From an uncultured delta proteobacterium (lineage in GTDB: Bacteria > Desulfobacterota > Binatia > Binatales > Binataceae), in assembly GCA_963794325.1 (NCBI GenBank), contig CAWCDG010000004.1:448001-512000 (forward strand): a DNA stretch of 64,000 bases, written 5' to 3'. Positions 11,359 to 22,488 of this stretch are shown in pieces. Position 1 is the first letter of the stretch; each line of letters opens with the position of its first letter. The notes under the pieces were generated by a model. It had not been told where the DNA came from. It did no database searches and worked only from the letters and a program-made list of their open reading frames with translations. A program made the position numbers and the translations under genes.

Positions 11359-11828
11359 AACCGATGCCGCGCCCGCGCCCGCCATCAGTTCGGCGGCGAA
11401 AACCAGCCCCGCAAAAGTCAGTCACGATTACCGCGATGCCAGAGCGCGGCCTGAAAATCGGCGAAGCGGCGCGCGCACTGGGCGTCGAGACCTACGTGCT
11501 GCGCTTCTGGGAAACCCAGTTCCCGTTCCTGAAGCCCAAGCATACCCGCACCAAGCATCGCTTCTACCAGGAAAAAGATCTCGACGTTCTCCGCCTCATC
11601 AAGCGCCTGCTGCACGACGAAGGCTTCACCATCGTCGGCGCGAACAAGCACATCAAGGATTCTGGCCTCGACGCATTGATGGCGGGAAAGCCCTTGCCGA
11701 AAAATGCGCCGTCGTCGTCGCCAGAGCGCGCAACCTCGCAGTCGCCAGCAATCGACGGCCAAGCCCGCCGCGTCCTGAACGAGGTACGCCGCGACCTCGA
11801 ATCGATCCACAAAATTTTAGAAGACTGA
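11355..11828 (+). CDS. MerR-family HTH transcriptional regulator
   Basis: IGEAA..LGVE.YVLRFWET.FP, LL..EGFTI.GA; conserved position after ihfA. Confidence 0.9.
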   Translation: MKPMPRPRPPSVRRRKPAPQKSVTITAMPERGLKIGEAARALGVETYVLRFWETQFPFLKPKHTRTKHRFYQEKDLDVLRLIKRLLHDEGFTIVGANKHIKDSGLDALMAGKPLPKNAPSSSPERATSQSPAIDGQARRVLNEVRRDLESIHKILED

Positions 11829-11834
11829 TTCGCG

Positions 11835-12234
11835 CTACTTTCGAAGTTGGACGGTACCCTGCGGACCGTCATACACGAGCACGCAATTGCGCAATTGATT
11901 TCGACCCAGGAGCGCCTGCCGACCACCTAGATCGGCGAGACTGACTTCGGTTACTTCGCGCAAATTCAGAGCGGGAATTTCGATTTCAGCCAGAAAGAGG
12001 TGGGACGAAAACTGTCCGCCTGCACCTGAGAATCGTCCCGGCCCCTGCCAATAGAAGTGGCGCCCACCCCAGGAGAAAACGACGCTCTATGAATGTCAGT
12101 TGAGAACCGATGTCGATCAGAGCCTGTAGCACGGTTTCCCGGCCGTCAACGGGCGATCTGACAATGATTTCGACTGTAGCGCCTTGTCGGATCAGCGCTA
12201 CCGAAGTGCCAGGACCGCAATTTATTGTGGGCAA
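11835..12234 (-). pseudogene. Retropepsin-like (clan AA) aspartyl protease, frameshifted (possibly assembly error)
   Basis: N-terminal ALIDIGS (D-x-G site). A shifted frame continues FSGAGG...RQALLGRNQL..CVLVYDGPQG to TAG at 11835-11837. Confidence 0.7.
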
Positions 12235-12237
12235 GGC

Positions 12238-12516
12238 TTAACTGTGACGGTGACGCAGATGCATGGCAGAATCGGAGTCTATTCCGATAGGGCTTCCGAT
12301 TTGCTGGATTAAGAACGGACCCGTTTTGGATTTAGCCAATGCAGCCCTTCCCGCAGAATCGAAGTCTGGATAAAGGCCGAGCAGTTGTCCCCGAAAAAAT
12401 AAAGCGAACTCGTCAAGATGAGTCCGCTCCAGTCCCTCGCGAAGTTTTTCAAACGCAGCTATGTCTGCATCGAGCACATGCGCCGCAACAGAGTCATTCC
12501 GCTTGCTGGCCTGCAT
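12238..12516 (-). CDS. DUF5678-like small protein
   Basis: AFE..RE.LE..H..EFALF..GQLLG.YP...A....A......PFLI.QI pattern, immediately upstream of an aspartyl protease. Confidence 0.65.
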   Translation of the reverse strand: MQASKRNDSVAAHVLDADIAAFEKLREGLERTHLDEFALFFRGQLLGLYPDFDSAGRAALAKSKTGPFLIQQIGSPIGIDSDSAMHLRHRHS

Positions 12517-12579
12517 ACACCGACAGTTTATTCGATTACTTAAGAAATCGCCACGACCCCATCGGCCTTACGACAGGCG

Positions 12580-15084
12580 CTACTCGACGCTGCGTTCCTG
12601 CGATGCCAACTGCGCGCGGGCTGGCTTGCTTGCTGATACCGCGACTTCCGCTGTCTTAGGCTGACGTATCAGAACGCCGAGCGGCGCGAGATTCAACTCA
12701 GTGGCGCATTCCTCAGTCGCGCGATGTACCAGGCGTCCTGCCTCAACCATCTTCGCCGCGATGCACACTGCGCCGGCTATCGTGAGCGCTACCAGGCCCA
12801 GCGCTATCTCGACTGGCCCCGCGATTGCGGCGATCGCCGCGCTCAGCGCACCCGCTGCCAGAGCCATCGTGGAGACTCGCGTGAACTTTATGCGCGCCAG
12901 CACGTGATTGGTGACTTTGCCCGCCTCGTGCTCTTCGTCCGCCGTCTTCAGCTCGATTCGCGTCCACGGATTCGGCCGCACTTCCAGGTCGTAGTCGTTC
13001 CATCCCGCCTCGACCACCGTGCCAACCCCATTCTGCGCGAACAGCTTCAGCATCTTGTCGATGAGGCGGTCGCGCGCGATGCTCTCGTTGTTCCAGTAGT
13101 CCAGCCGAATCGTGCGCCGGAGCCAGTTGGTCGTCGCGCGCTGGCGTACGCCATCCGCACCCGTCAGTCCTGTCAAAGCTTTCGCCCGTTCCTTGTAGCG
13201 CGTCATCGTTCGCACCATCGGCCCCGTGTACGCGAGATACGCGATCAGCATTCGCGCCGTAAAACTTTCGTGAGATTTATCGAGCGGCGCGTGCCATGCA
13301 TAGTAGAGCGCCCAAATCGGCCCGAGCGCCAGCATCGCCGCCGCCGGAATCACCGAGACGCCAAGCACGATCGACGCGACAATCGCGATTGCCGAGAGCA
13401 CGGTCCATTCGAGCGTCTGCGGCAGAACCTTGAGCAGTGTCAGACCGGGATCGAACAGCGACTGCGCACCAGCAGATGCATTCCACAGCACGCGTTTGCG
13501 ATTGCCCCCGGGGATCGTCCGCGCCAGTCCGGGAATCGTGCCGCGCCACGCGATCTGTCCCATGATGTTGAAGCGCTCCGAATATTTCGGATAGAGCATC
13601 GCCTCGGCGCGCCCGTAACCGCGCTGCTGCCCGTAGTAGGCTTTGATCGTATTGCGCCGGAAGTGCCACACGAATGCGGCCGGCGAGAACCCCAGCTTGT
13701 AGCCCGCCGCTAGCATGCGCCAGCAAATATCAACGTCGTCGCCCGCGGTCCTGAACTGCGCATCGAATCCACCGATGCTGGCGAGCGCCGCCTTCGAAAA
13801 AACCATGTTGCAACCCGCCAGATGCTCCGCGCGATCCTCTGCGACCAGCACGTGACACGGCGCGCCCGGCGACGCGGCGCAACTCGCTTCGATCCATCCG
13901 TCTTCATGCGGCGCGTAGTTCGGACCACCGCATCCGTCGAAATTGTTTTCGGTCATCGATCGGACCATCAGCGTCAGCCAATGCGGATCGACTACGCAGT
14001 CCGAATCGGTGTAGGCAATAAACTCGCCGCGCGCCGCATGCATCCCGACGTTGCGCGCAACGCTCAGCCCCTTGTTGGGCTGGCGGATTAGCCGAAACTC
14101 CGGAAAATCCATTGAGATGTCCGCGGTCTTGTCGCGCGACCCGTCATCGACAATCACGACTTCGAAATTCGGGTAGTCGAGGCGTCGCAGCGACTCCAGG
14201 CACGGACGCATGGTGCGCTCGGCGTTGTATGCACAAATCACCACCGACACCATCGGCATCTTCGCCGGCCGCGGCGGGCAGGTGCCGTTGAGCGTCACGA
14301 ACGGCATCACGTCCGACGCGCGCATCATCCGCACTCCGAGCCAGTCTTGAGTAGCCGGAGCAGGAACCGGCGGAGCAACCACGCCAGCCGCACCCGTACC
14401 AAACGCCACTGCTACCGCTTCGTCCTGCCCCATAGATGCGTCCCTGAATTCGATCATCACCGGCCGCGCTTCCGCGACATTGTGCAGGGCGACGACGAAA
14501 TCGCGAATCTCGACCGGCGCGAGCGCCGGGATTTCCGCGTAAAGAAAATCCTCTTCTAAAATCGAAAGTGCGCGCGTTTCCGGCCGCACTTTGATTCCAA
14601 TCATCGCCTCGGGCGCGCGTCCCTTGATCGTCTTCACCACGCTGCGCACACGGCGCCGCGCGTTTTCGAGTCCGCCCGCGCGCAACGCGTCCTGTCCGAT
14701 CTCGCAATCGAGGATGTATCCGGCCAGCGCCGGATGCCGGCTGAAAATATTCGCCGTATGCGCGATCCGCGACACAACCGATTTGAATCCGCGACGGCTC
14801 GTCAGCTCGTCCGCCGTGATTCGCAGCTCGACCATCGCGACCAGCCCCGATTGCGCCGCGATATCGAGGCACGGCTGCGACTGCGCCTCGGTCAGCACCA
14901 GACCTGTCGTATGCGACGTTTTGAGATCGTCGAGCCGCTTTCGTAGTTTGAGTTTCTGTGCGAAATCGAGCGTCGCGCTCACATCTGTGAGGCGCATCGC
15001 CTTGAAAAAGAATTTTTGTCCTGAGCGAGAAAGGAACTTGCCGTGGGGGGTGACGCGTTCAATAGATTCGGTATTGGTAAGCAT
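12580..15084 (-). CDS. GT2 glycosyltransferase with N-terminal degenerate glycoside-hydrolase-like domain and C-terminal TM helices
   Basis: VSVVICAYN, VDDGS, TDSD, GDDVD and QQRGY motifs; N-terminal GKF..SGQKF and HPAL..Y...EI resemble a GH-A TIM barrel. Confidence 0.88.
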   Translation of the reverse strand: MLTNTESIERVTPHGKFLSRSGQKFFFKAMRLTDVSATLDFAQKLKLRKRLDDLKTSHTTGLVLTEAQSQPCLDIAAQSGLVAMVELRITADELTSRRGFKSVVSRIAHTANIFSRHPALAGYILDCEIGQDALRAGGLENARRRVRSVVKTIKGRAPEAMIGIKVRPETRALSILEEDFLYAEIPALAPVEIRDFVVALHNVAEARPVMIEFRDASMGQDEAVAVAFGTGAAGVVAPPVPAPATQDWLGVRMMRASDVMPFVTLNGTCPPRPAKMPMVSVVICAYNAERTMRPCLESLRRLDYPNFEVVIVDDGSRDKTADISMDFPEFRLIRQPNKGLSVARNVGMHAARGEFIAYTDSDCVVDPHWLTLMVRSMTENNFDGCGGPNYAPHEDGWIEASCAASPGAPCHVLVAEDRAEHLAGCNMVFSKAALASIGGFDAQFRTAGDDVDICWRMLAAGYKLGFSPAAFVWHFRRNTIKAYYGQQRGYGRAEAMLYPKYSERFNIMGQIAWRGTIPGLARTIPGGNRKRVLWNASAGAQSLFDPGLTLLKVLPQTLEWTVLSAIAIVASIVLGVSVIPAAAMLALGPIWALYYAWHAPLDKSHESFTARMLIAYLAYTGPMVRTMTRYKERAKALTGLTGADGVRQRATTNWLRRTIRLDYWNNESIARDRLIDKMLKLFAQNGVGTVVEAGWNDYDLEVRPNPWTRIELKTADEEHEAGKVTNHVLARIKFTRVSTMALAAGALSAAIAAIAGPVEIALGLVALTIAGAVCIAAKMVEAGRLVHRATEECATELNLAPLGVLIRQPKTAEVAVSASKPARAQLASQERSVE

Positions 15085-15116
15085 GGATTCGGCTGTCCTC
15101 TCGATGAGGACCTAAT

Positions 15117-15132
15117 TGCCAGAGCCATGCCA
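15117..15132 (-). promoter_or_regulatory. Putative sigma54 (-24/-12) promoter for the GT2 gene
   Basis: Minus strand TGGCATGGCTCTGGCA fits GG-N10-GC, ~33 nt upstream of the start, with an SD in between. Confidence 0.6.
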
Positions 15133-15362
15133 TCGGAAAAATCCAACGCCTGTAAGCCTTTTCAGGCAAACCCCGAAATCGCGCAAACCAATTGGGTTGA
15201 GCGCTGTACGATTTGCGCCGCGCGATTTTCGCGATGGATCGGTTCGCGAGGTGCAAAATCAGGCAGAATGCTTACGTTATACACACGCTAGATTGGTTAT
15301 TTTGCGAATGTTATACGTCATGGAAGTACGCATATAGAAATCTTTCCGCCGGGTTGTAACCA

Positions 15363-17102
15363 ATGAAACTATCGTTCGCTTGTGGATGCCACCGACCATC
15401 AAAGTCCAGCAAACAGCGCGAACCGAACGACCCGCAAATTGAAGTCACTCCCGAAGAAGTACAAGCGATAAGAGACCAGCTCGCCGAGATAGAACAGTCT
15501 CTCTCACGCCTGTGGGGCCCGACCATCTGGAGCCGCACCCCCGAATGCATCCAGATTCGTTCCGAGGCCGCCGACCTGATCGATCGCCACTTCGATGGAA
15601 TCGTCGAGCAGTGGGGAGAATCAATCGCGTACATCATCCACGGGCACTCCAAGTACGACGAGAGTGGCCGCAAAGATAACATGGTCAATTCTCTCATTCG
15701 CTTCACCGACCATCTGCGCGATCCCGACGACATTTGTACCTACGTTTACCTGCGCCGGCATTGCCAGGAGGGGATGCTCGCGCGGGCCAAGCCGTCCCAG
15801 TTCAACGTCATTCACATCGCGCTCAAACAAATCATTCTCAATCACGTCAAATCCACGATGTCCGGTCCCTCGATGGAGCGGGTGCGCGACTTGATGGTCG
15901 CGGCGATCGACGAGCGGCGTCTGATGGTCTCGCAGTTCTACATCGAATCGCGCGAACGGTTGATGCGCGAATCCGAAGAAAAGTACCGCAACACTATCGA
16001 CCATGCGCCCGATCCGATGTACGAGATCGAACCGCACACCTGGATTGTGTTGGGGCTGAATGCGGCTGCCCTGAAGCTGCATCAAATGGAGTGGGAGCAT
16101 GAGCCCACCTGGTACGAGGGCGACATCCACAAGGAGATCATCGGTCGCCCCGTCCCCGACCTCGTGCCCCCCGAGTTGAGGCAAAGCGTCGTTGACAGCC
16201 TCGAGCAAGTGCTCCGCGATGGCTCTGCGCAGACCCAGGAATTCCCGATCGGCCCGCTCTTCTTCGACGTCAACTCGGCACTCATCACCTACGGCAAAAA
16301 ACAATTCGTCCAGATGATCCTGCGCGACGTCACCCAGCGTCGCGAGATGCTCGATTCACTGATTAAGGCTGAGCGGCTCGCCGCGGCAGGCACGTTTGCG
16401 GCCGGCGTCGCGCACGAGGTGAACAATCCGCTTGCCTCGATTTCGTCGCTGGTGCAATCGATTCTGACCGGCGAGAACGACCCCGAGCGTCGCACCACGA
16501 TGCACACCATCCTGTCGCAGATCACGCGCATCTCGAGCACCCTCAAGGATCTCGTCAATTTCGCGCGGCCGACCACCGCGCAACGCAAGCAGGTGGACGT
16601 CAACGGGCTAATCGCGGAGACGCTGCGGCTCATCACCTACAACAAACGCTTCAGCGGTATCCGCGTCGAACCGATCCTCGCGCCCGATCTGCGCCGCGCC
16701 TTCGCCGACGACAACGAAATTCAGCAAGTCCTGCTCAATCTGCTGTTCAACGCCGCCGACGCGGCCCCGGCTGAAGGCGCAGTAATCAAGGTGATCACCG
16801 AGAACCAGCGCCCCGGACAAGGCGCGGACAAATCGCGCCGCGTGTTTATCAAGGTCGTGGACAACGGCATCGGAATCCCACGCGAGCATCTCGAGCGCGT
16901 CTTCGATCCATTCTTCACCACCAAGCCCGCCGGCGCCGGCGTCGGCCTGGGACTCTCGCTATGCCAGCGCATGATCCTGTCCAACCAGGGCACGATTCGC
17001 GTGGACAGCGAAGTCGGCCGCGGCACCGGGGTGACGATTACCCTGGCCGCCGCCGAGGAAGCAGCGCGCGCGCAACAGGCATCCGAAATGGCCGCGTCCT
17101 GA
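15363..17102 (+). CDS. Cytoplasmic sensor histidine kinase (helical globin/RsbRD-N-like region + PAS + HisKA + HATPase); start uncertain
   Basis: AHEVNNPL H-box, NLLFNAAD, DNGIG, FDPFFTTK, G.GLGL; no TM segment. Confidence 0.9.
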   Translation: MKLSFACGCHRPSKSSKQREPNDPQIEVTPEEVQAIRDQLAEIEQSLSRLWGPTIWSRTPECIQIRSEAADLIDRHFDGIVEQWGESIAYIIHGHSKYDESGRKDNMVNSLIRFTDHLRDPDDICTYVYLRRHCQEGMLARAKPSQFNVIHIALKQIILNHVKSTMSGPSMERVRDLMVAAIDERRLMVSQFYIESRERLMRESEEKYRNTIDHAPDPMYEIEPHTWIVLGLNAAALKLHQMEWEHEPTWYEGDIHKEIIGRPVPDLVPPELRQSVVDSLEQVLRDGSAQTQEFPIGPLFFDVNSALITYGKKQFVQMILRDVTQRREMLDSLIKAERLAAAGTFAAGVAHEVNNPLASISSLVQSILTGENDPERRTTMHTILSQITRISSTLKDLVNFARPTTAQRKQVDVNGLIAETLRLITYNKRFSGIRVEPILAPDLRRAFADDNEIQQVLLNLLFNAADAAPAEGAVIKVITENQRPGQGADKSRRVFIKVVDNGIGIPREHLERVFDPFFTTKPAGAGVGLGLSLCQRMILSNQGTIRVDSEVGRGTGVTITLAAAEEAARAQQASEMAAS

Positions 17103-17112
17103 AGATTGCTCA

Positions 17113-18546
<1,434 letters not shown>

Positions 18547-18670
18547 TACTTGTGTCATCTGACAAAGCGAGCAACGCGAGCGGCAAGAAATGGCTTTTGG
18601 CCTCCGGACAGCTTCGCGTAAGCGAAGCCGATTCCGGTTTCGAGATCGCGCAGCGCCCCACCATCCGGTC

Positions 18671-18705
18671 CCCCTTCCCACTATGGGAAGGGGTTAGGGG
18701 TTAGG
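18671..18705 (+). repeat. G-tract hairpin REP-like element, copy 1
   Basis: CCCCTTCCCA-CTA-TGGGAAGGGG-TTAGGGGTTAGG. Confidence 0.85.
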
Positions 18706-18810
18706 TTCCCAGGCACTCCCCCGACCCGGGAATAACCGTTCCAATCCGCCAGTCAAGAATATACACTGAATAACTGGAACGGCTGGCCGGAGCCGTCCCC
18801 GGAGAAACAT

Positions 18811-19026
18811 ATGGACCTCTTTGCGCCAACTCACCTGCTGATCATTTTGCTGATCATCCTGGTCATCTTCGGTCCCAGCAAGCTCGGCGATGTCGGCGGC
18901 GCGATGGGCAAAGCAATCCGCGACTTCAAGCGCGCGATGAACGAACCCGACAATGCAACCACGCCGCTGGCCAAACCCGACGAAGTCAAAGCCGCCGAGA
19001 CCCCCAAGCCCGACAAAGTTTCCTGA
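18811..19026 (+). CDS. tatA: Twin-arginine translocase TatA/E subunit
   Basis: TM helix, FGPSKL, G..MGKAIRDFK. Confidence 0.93.
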   Translation: MDLFAPTHLLIILLIILVIFGPSKLGDVGGAMGKAIRDFKRAMNEPDNATTPLAKPDEVKAAETPKPDKVS

Positions 19027-19072
19027 CCCGCCCCGCGATCCTCTTACTTTCTGATCGCTCCCTCTTTCTGTC

Positions 19073-19108
19073 TCCTCGCCCTGTTAGGGGCGAGGATGAA
19101 GGTGAGGG
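19073..19108 (+). repeat. BoxC-like palindromic repeat (hairpin + GGTGAGGG tail)
   Basis: TCCTCGCCC/GGGCGAGGA hairpin then TGAAGGTGAGGG; related architecture inverted at 25671-25728. Confidence 0.55.
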
Positions 19109-19187
19109 TCCGCTTGCAGGGCGCGCTTCGCGTGCGATTCAAGATTCTGCGTCTTTCCAGAGGTCCAGGGTTGAGTACGAAAACTTT

Positions 19188-19731
19188 ATGAAACGATACA
19201 TCCTCACCGGCACCCCCGGATGCGGCAAAACCTCGATCATTCGATCCTTGGAGGTCGACGGCTACACCGTCGTCGAAGAAGCTGCCACCGACATCATCGC
19301 GATGCGCCATGCGCAAGGAATCGCAGAACCACACACGCACCCATCTTTCATCGACGACATCACCAATCTTCAGAAGCTCCGACAGGTTCGCATAGCTGAC
19401 GCATCCGGCATCCAGTTTTACGACCGTTCGCCGATATGCACCTACGCGCTCAGCGTGTGGCTCGGCTTTCCGATTTCGATAACTCTCGCCAATGAAATAA
19501 AACGAATTGAGAAAGAGCAGCTCTATCAGAAGCAAGTCTTCTTCATCGAAAACCTGGGATTCTGCGAACACTTCCGCGGCAAGGAGGATCACCTTCGAGG
19601 ATTCCTTACGATTCGAAAAAGTTCATGAGGAGACCTACACCTCCTTCGGCTACGAATGCATAAGAATCGCCCCTCGCGAGCTGTCCGTCCGAGTCGAACA
19701 AATCACGCGCTATGTCTCTGCGGCTGACTAG
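19188..19731 (+). CDS. AAA_28/NadR-type P-loop ATPase, frameshifted near 19570 (likely assembly indel)
   Basis: ILTGTPGCGKT, EEAA.DII and FYDRSP; second frame supplies RRITFEDSLRFE..HE..Y..FGY. Confidence 0.8.
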
Positions 19732-20361
19732 CTACGCGGCCGGCGCACTCGCCGCAGGGATCTGAAAGCCCGATCGCGCAAGGTAGCGCGCCGGAAAACG
19801 GCCGTTGAACACGAATCCTGATATCAACAGCACCGCCGGCAGCGCATAACTCAGCAGCGGCTTGGCCAGGTTGCCGCCGACCATGACACCCATCACGGCG
19901 AAGCCGATATTGACGGTCATCAACCCGCACCAGACCAGCGTCATCAGCAAATTGAGCCTAATGAAAATCGGATGTTCCCAGAATTCCCTCGGCGCACTTT
20001 CCCGCGCATACGCCGCTGTGAATGGACGCCCGATCACGACTGATCCCCACGCGCCAAGCGCGAAGCATGTCCAGATGATCACCGCGCCGTAGATAGGAAA
20101 CACCGGCAATCGCAGTCCGATGGTCAGCCCCGCGCCGATCACGAAGATCGTCAGCGTCGTCCAGTCCGTCAGTTTGATCGAAATGCCCGCCCGTACCACC
20201 AGCGCCAGATACACCACGCACAAAATCAGCCCGCCGCCAGTCGCGATTTGCCAATGATTGAAGCCGGACGCAACCCCGAACAAGATCCATGGCAGAAACG
20301 CTGCCACGCCGATCGGAATGATTTTCTTTTGTTCCGCCAAGCGTTCGCCCTTGATGCCCAT
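19732..20361 (-). CDS. Integral membrane protein of unknown function
   Basis: About 6 hydrophobic segments, PFT..YARE..P.E.W..P.F.R.N..MT.VW; TGATG coupling to the LLM gene. Confidence 0.75.
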   Translation of the reverse strand: MGIKGERLAEQKKIIPIGVAAFLPWILFGVASGFNHWQIATGGGLILCVVYLALVVRAGISIKLTDWTTLTIFVIGAGLTIGLRLPVFPIYGAVIIWTCFALGAWGSVVIGRPFTAAYARESAPREFWEHPIFIRLNLLMTLVWCGLMTVNIGFAVMGVMVGGNLAKPLLSYALPAVLLISGFVFNGRFPARYLARSGFQIPAASAPAA

Positions 20362-21245
20362 CACCCGATCTTCGCCGCCGGCTCCACCCACTCTCGCGCA
20401 ATCCGCTCAATCCATCCGCCAATCTGCGCCTCATCTTCGGGCGGACTGGTAATTATCACGAGTTCATCGACGCCGGCCGCGCCGTACTTCTTCAGATCGT
20501 CGGGGACGATCTTCTTGGTGTACGGACTCACGATAATTTCGACCTCGCGCGCATCGCGTCCATTCGCCTTCAGCATGGCGCGCAGCTGGTCGGCCAGCGG
20601 CGCCGCATCGTCAGGTCCGACGTTGAACCCGAACCATCCGTTGCCGATATCCGCAGTGCGCTTCAACGCGGGGCCGCTCTCCCCGCCGAAGATTATCGGC
20701 AGCTTCCCAGCTTGCACCGGCTTCGGATAACTTTTCGCCGCATCGAAATTCACGAACTCGCCATGGAATGTTGCCGCGTCGTCCGACCACAGCCGCCGCA
20801 TCACTTCGATATACTCGCGCGTCCGCTTTGCGCGCCGCTCGAAGGGAATCCCGAGCGCCGCGAATTCTTCCGCCGACCATCCGATTCCCACGCCCAGCGC
20901 GAATCGCCCGCCCGAGAGCCGGTCGAGGCTCGCCACTTCCTTCGCGAGCACCACCGGATTGTGCTCCGGCACCAGGCAAATTCCCGTCGCCAGCCGAATC
21001 GTTTTGGTCACGGCCGCGGCAAACGTCAGCGTGATAAATGGATCGAGCCAGTCGGCGCCGCCCGGCAGCGGGAACTCACCGCTCGCCGAGTACGGATATT
21101 TCGAATCCTGCCGATCGAAGAGCACGACGTGCTCGCCGACCCACAGCGTCGAGACACCCCGACGCTCAGCCTCGATAGCCGTCTTCAGAATCGAGCCGGG
21201 ACGCGCGCCCGTGCCGATTCCCAGAGCGAACAGTCCGACTTTCAT
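20361..21245 (-). CDS. LLM-class (probably F420-dependent) oxidoreductase
   Basis: WVGEHVV, DPF.TL.FAAAVT..IRL.TG, LDRLSGGR..LGVG.GW..EEF. Confidence 0.9.
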   Translation of the reverse strand: MKVGLFALGIGTGARPGSILKTAIEAERRGVSTLWVGEHVVLFDRQDSKYPYSASGEFPLPGGADWLDPFITLTFAAAVTKTIRLATGICLVPEHNPVVLAKEVASLDRLSGGRFALGVGIGWSAEEFAALGIPFERRAKRTREYIEVMRRLWSDDAATFHGEFVNFDAAKSYPKPVQAGKLPIIFGGESGPALKRTADIGNGWFGFNVGPDDAAPLADQLRAMLKANGRDAREVEIIVSPYTKKIVPDDLKKYGAAGVDELVIITSPPEDEAQIGGWIERIAREWVEPAAKIG

Positions 21246-21283
21246 TTTTTCACTTTTTCACTTTTCATTTTTTCACTTTTCAC
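21240..21283. repeat. Short AT-rich tandem repeat (TTTTCAY units)
   Basis: tttcattttttcactttttcacttttcattttttcacttttcac: about 6 imperfect 7-8 nt units. Confidence 0.8.
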
Positions 21284-22152
21284 TGTCCCGAACCCGCACC
21301 GTCCGCGCCCTTCGCGACGGCCGGCGCCTTCACGAACTTGAGCATGAAGCGATCGGTCGCGCCGCGATGCTTGAATACGAGCCAAGTGCGATCGTCCTCA
21401 GGATGCCGCAGCGCGCTCGACGCGCCGTAAAGTTTGAAGCCCACCTTCTCGACATCCTTGATTAAAAAATCCTCGTCGATTCGATGCAGCGTGGTGGTGT
21501 CAGCAGCTCCCGTGCCAGCCGGGGCGCTGTGATCGACGATCCCGTAAATCCCGCCGGGCTTCAGCGCCTTGAACACCGCCGCGTTCAGGTTCTCGGTATT
21601 CATCTTGAAGCCGACGATATCGTGGTAGTTGAGATGGATAATGACGGCGTCGAGCGAATCAGGCGGCACCGGTAGCAAGTCGGGCGCGTCGAACGGCTTG
21701 CTGACCTTGACCACGTTTTTGAGCGCAGGCTTCTTGAGCCGTTCGTCCCATTGTTCTCCGATTTTCTTGAACTGCTCCGGAAACGGAATGTTCTGCGAGT
21801 ACACGGTGCCTTTCGGTCCGACCACTCGCGCAAACAGCTCAGTCATGTATCCGCCACCGGCAAAAATATCGGCGACCTTCATCCCCGGCTTGATTCCATA
21901 GAACGCCAGGATCTGATCGGGCTTGCGCCCCGCGTCGAGCGCCTTGTCGGCAGCCGGCCGTTCCGGCGAATTGATCGCATCGGTAATGTCCGCGGGAATC
22001 TGCGTTTGGGGAATCGGCGGTGCTTCAGCCGTACTGGTCGCAACCGGCTGCATCTGCGCGCGCGCCGCCGCTGCGATCAAACCAAATCCAACGAATGCGA
22101 TTAAAGTTGAGCAAATCAGCAGGTCGGTTCTAATCCGCATCCTGATAGTCAT
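21280..22152 (-). CDS. Exported class I SAM-dependent methyltransferase-like protein (COG4798 type)
   Basis: Signal peptide; D..RKP, VADIFAGGGY.TE, NYHD, LKPGG...IVDH, LHRI, TDRF. Confidence 0.85.
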   Translation of the reverse strand: MTIRMRIRTDLLICSTLIAFVGFGLIAAAARAQMQPVATSTAEAPPIPQTQIPADITDAINSPERPAADKALDAGRKPDQILAFYGIKPGMKVADIFAGGGYMTELFARVVGPKGTVYSQNIPFPEQFKKIGEQWDERLKKPALKNVVKVSKPFDAPDLLPVPPDSLDAVIIHLNYHDIVGFKMNTENLNAAVFKALKPGGIYGIVDHSAPAGTGAADTTTLHRIDEDFLIKDVEKVGFKLYGASSALRHPEDDRTWLVFKHRGATDRFMLKFVKAPAVAKGADGAGSGQ

Positions 22153-22261
22153 CTAAGATTCTCCGCAAAGCATTGGATCGTGTTCCCAATCGACAGCTAA
22201 CACACCCCTCGCAAACTGAGCAATGCAATTTCTTGCACAGCTTTTATGCGCGTCGTTACCA

Positions 22262-22344
22262 GTAGGACGGAATTTATTCCGTCAAATCTGTTCTTGTCCG
22301 AGAAACGCTGTATGAAGACATCGACGAAATAAATTTCGTCCTAC
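22262..22344. repeat. GTAG-family REP doublet (REPIN)
   Basis: GTAG-GACGGAAT-TT-ATTCCGTC, a 39-nt spacer, then the inverted copy GTAG-GACGAAAT-TT-ATTTCGTC. Confidence 0.85.
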
Positions 22345-22407
22345 TATGTCCCCAAAAAAGAACCTGAGAGCAAAAGGGCGTACTCGCCATTTTGCGATTA
22401 GTTCTAA

Positions 22408-22465
22408 GGTGCAGGGCTTAGCCCTGCCCAAGGAGGCGCGGAACCCACGGTGGGTTCCGCATTAA
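22408..22465. repeat. Three-hairpin dispersed repeat, diverged copy C
   Basis: GGTGCAGGGC-TTA-GCCCTGCCCAAGGAGGCGCGGAACCCA-CGG-TGGGTTCCGCATTA aligns with the 3' half of copy B. Confidence 0.8.
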
Positions 22466-22488
22466 ATAAAGTGATCTACCCTTCCCCC

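Noticed and set aside
18690-18705. Telomeric repeat or eukaryotic contamination (TTAGGG-like)
   Set aside because: There are only two units, always attached to the same hairpin in bacterial intergenic DNA.
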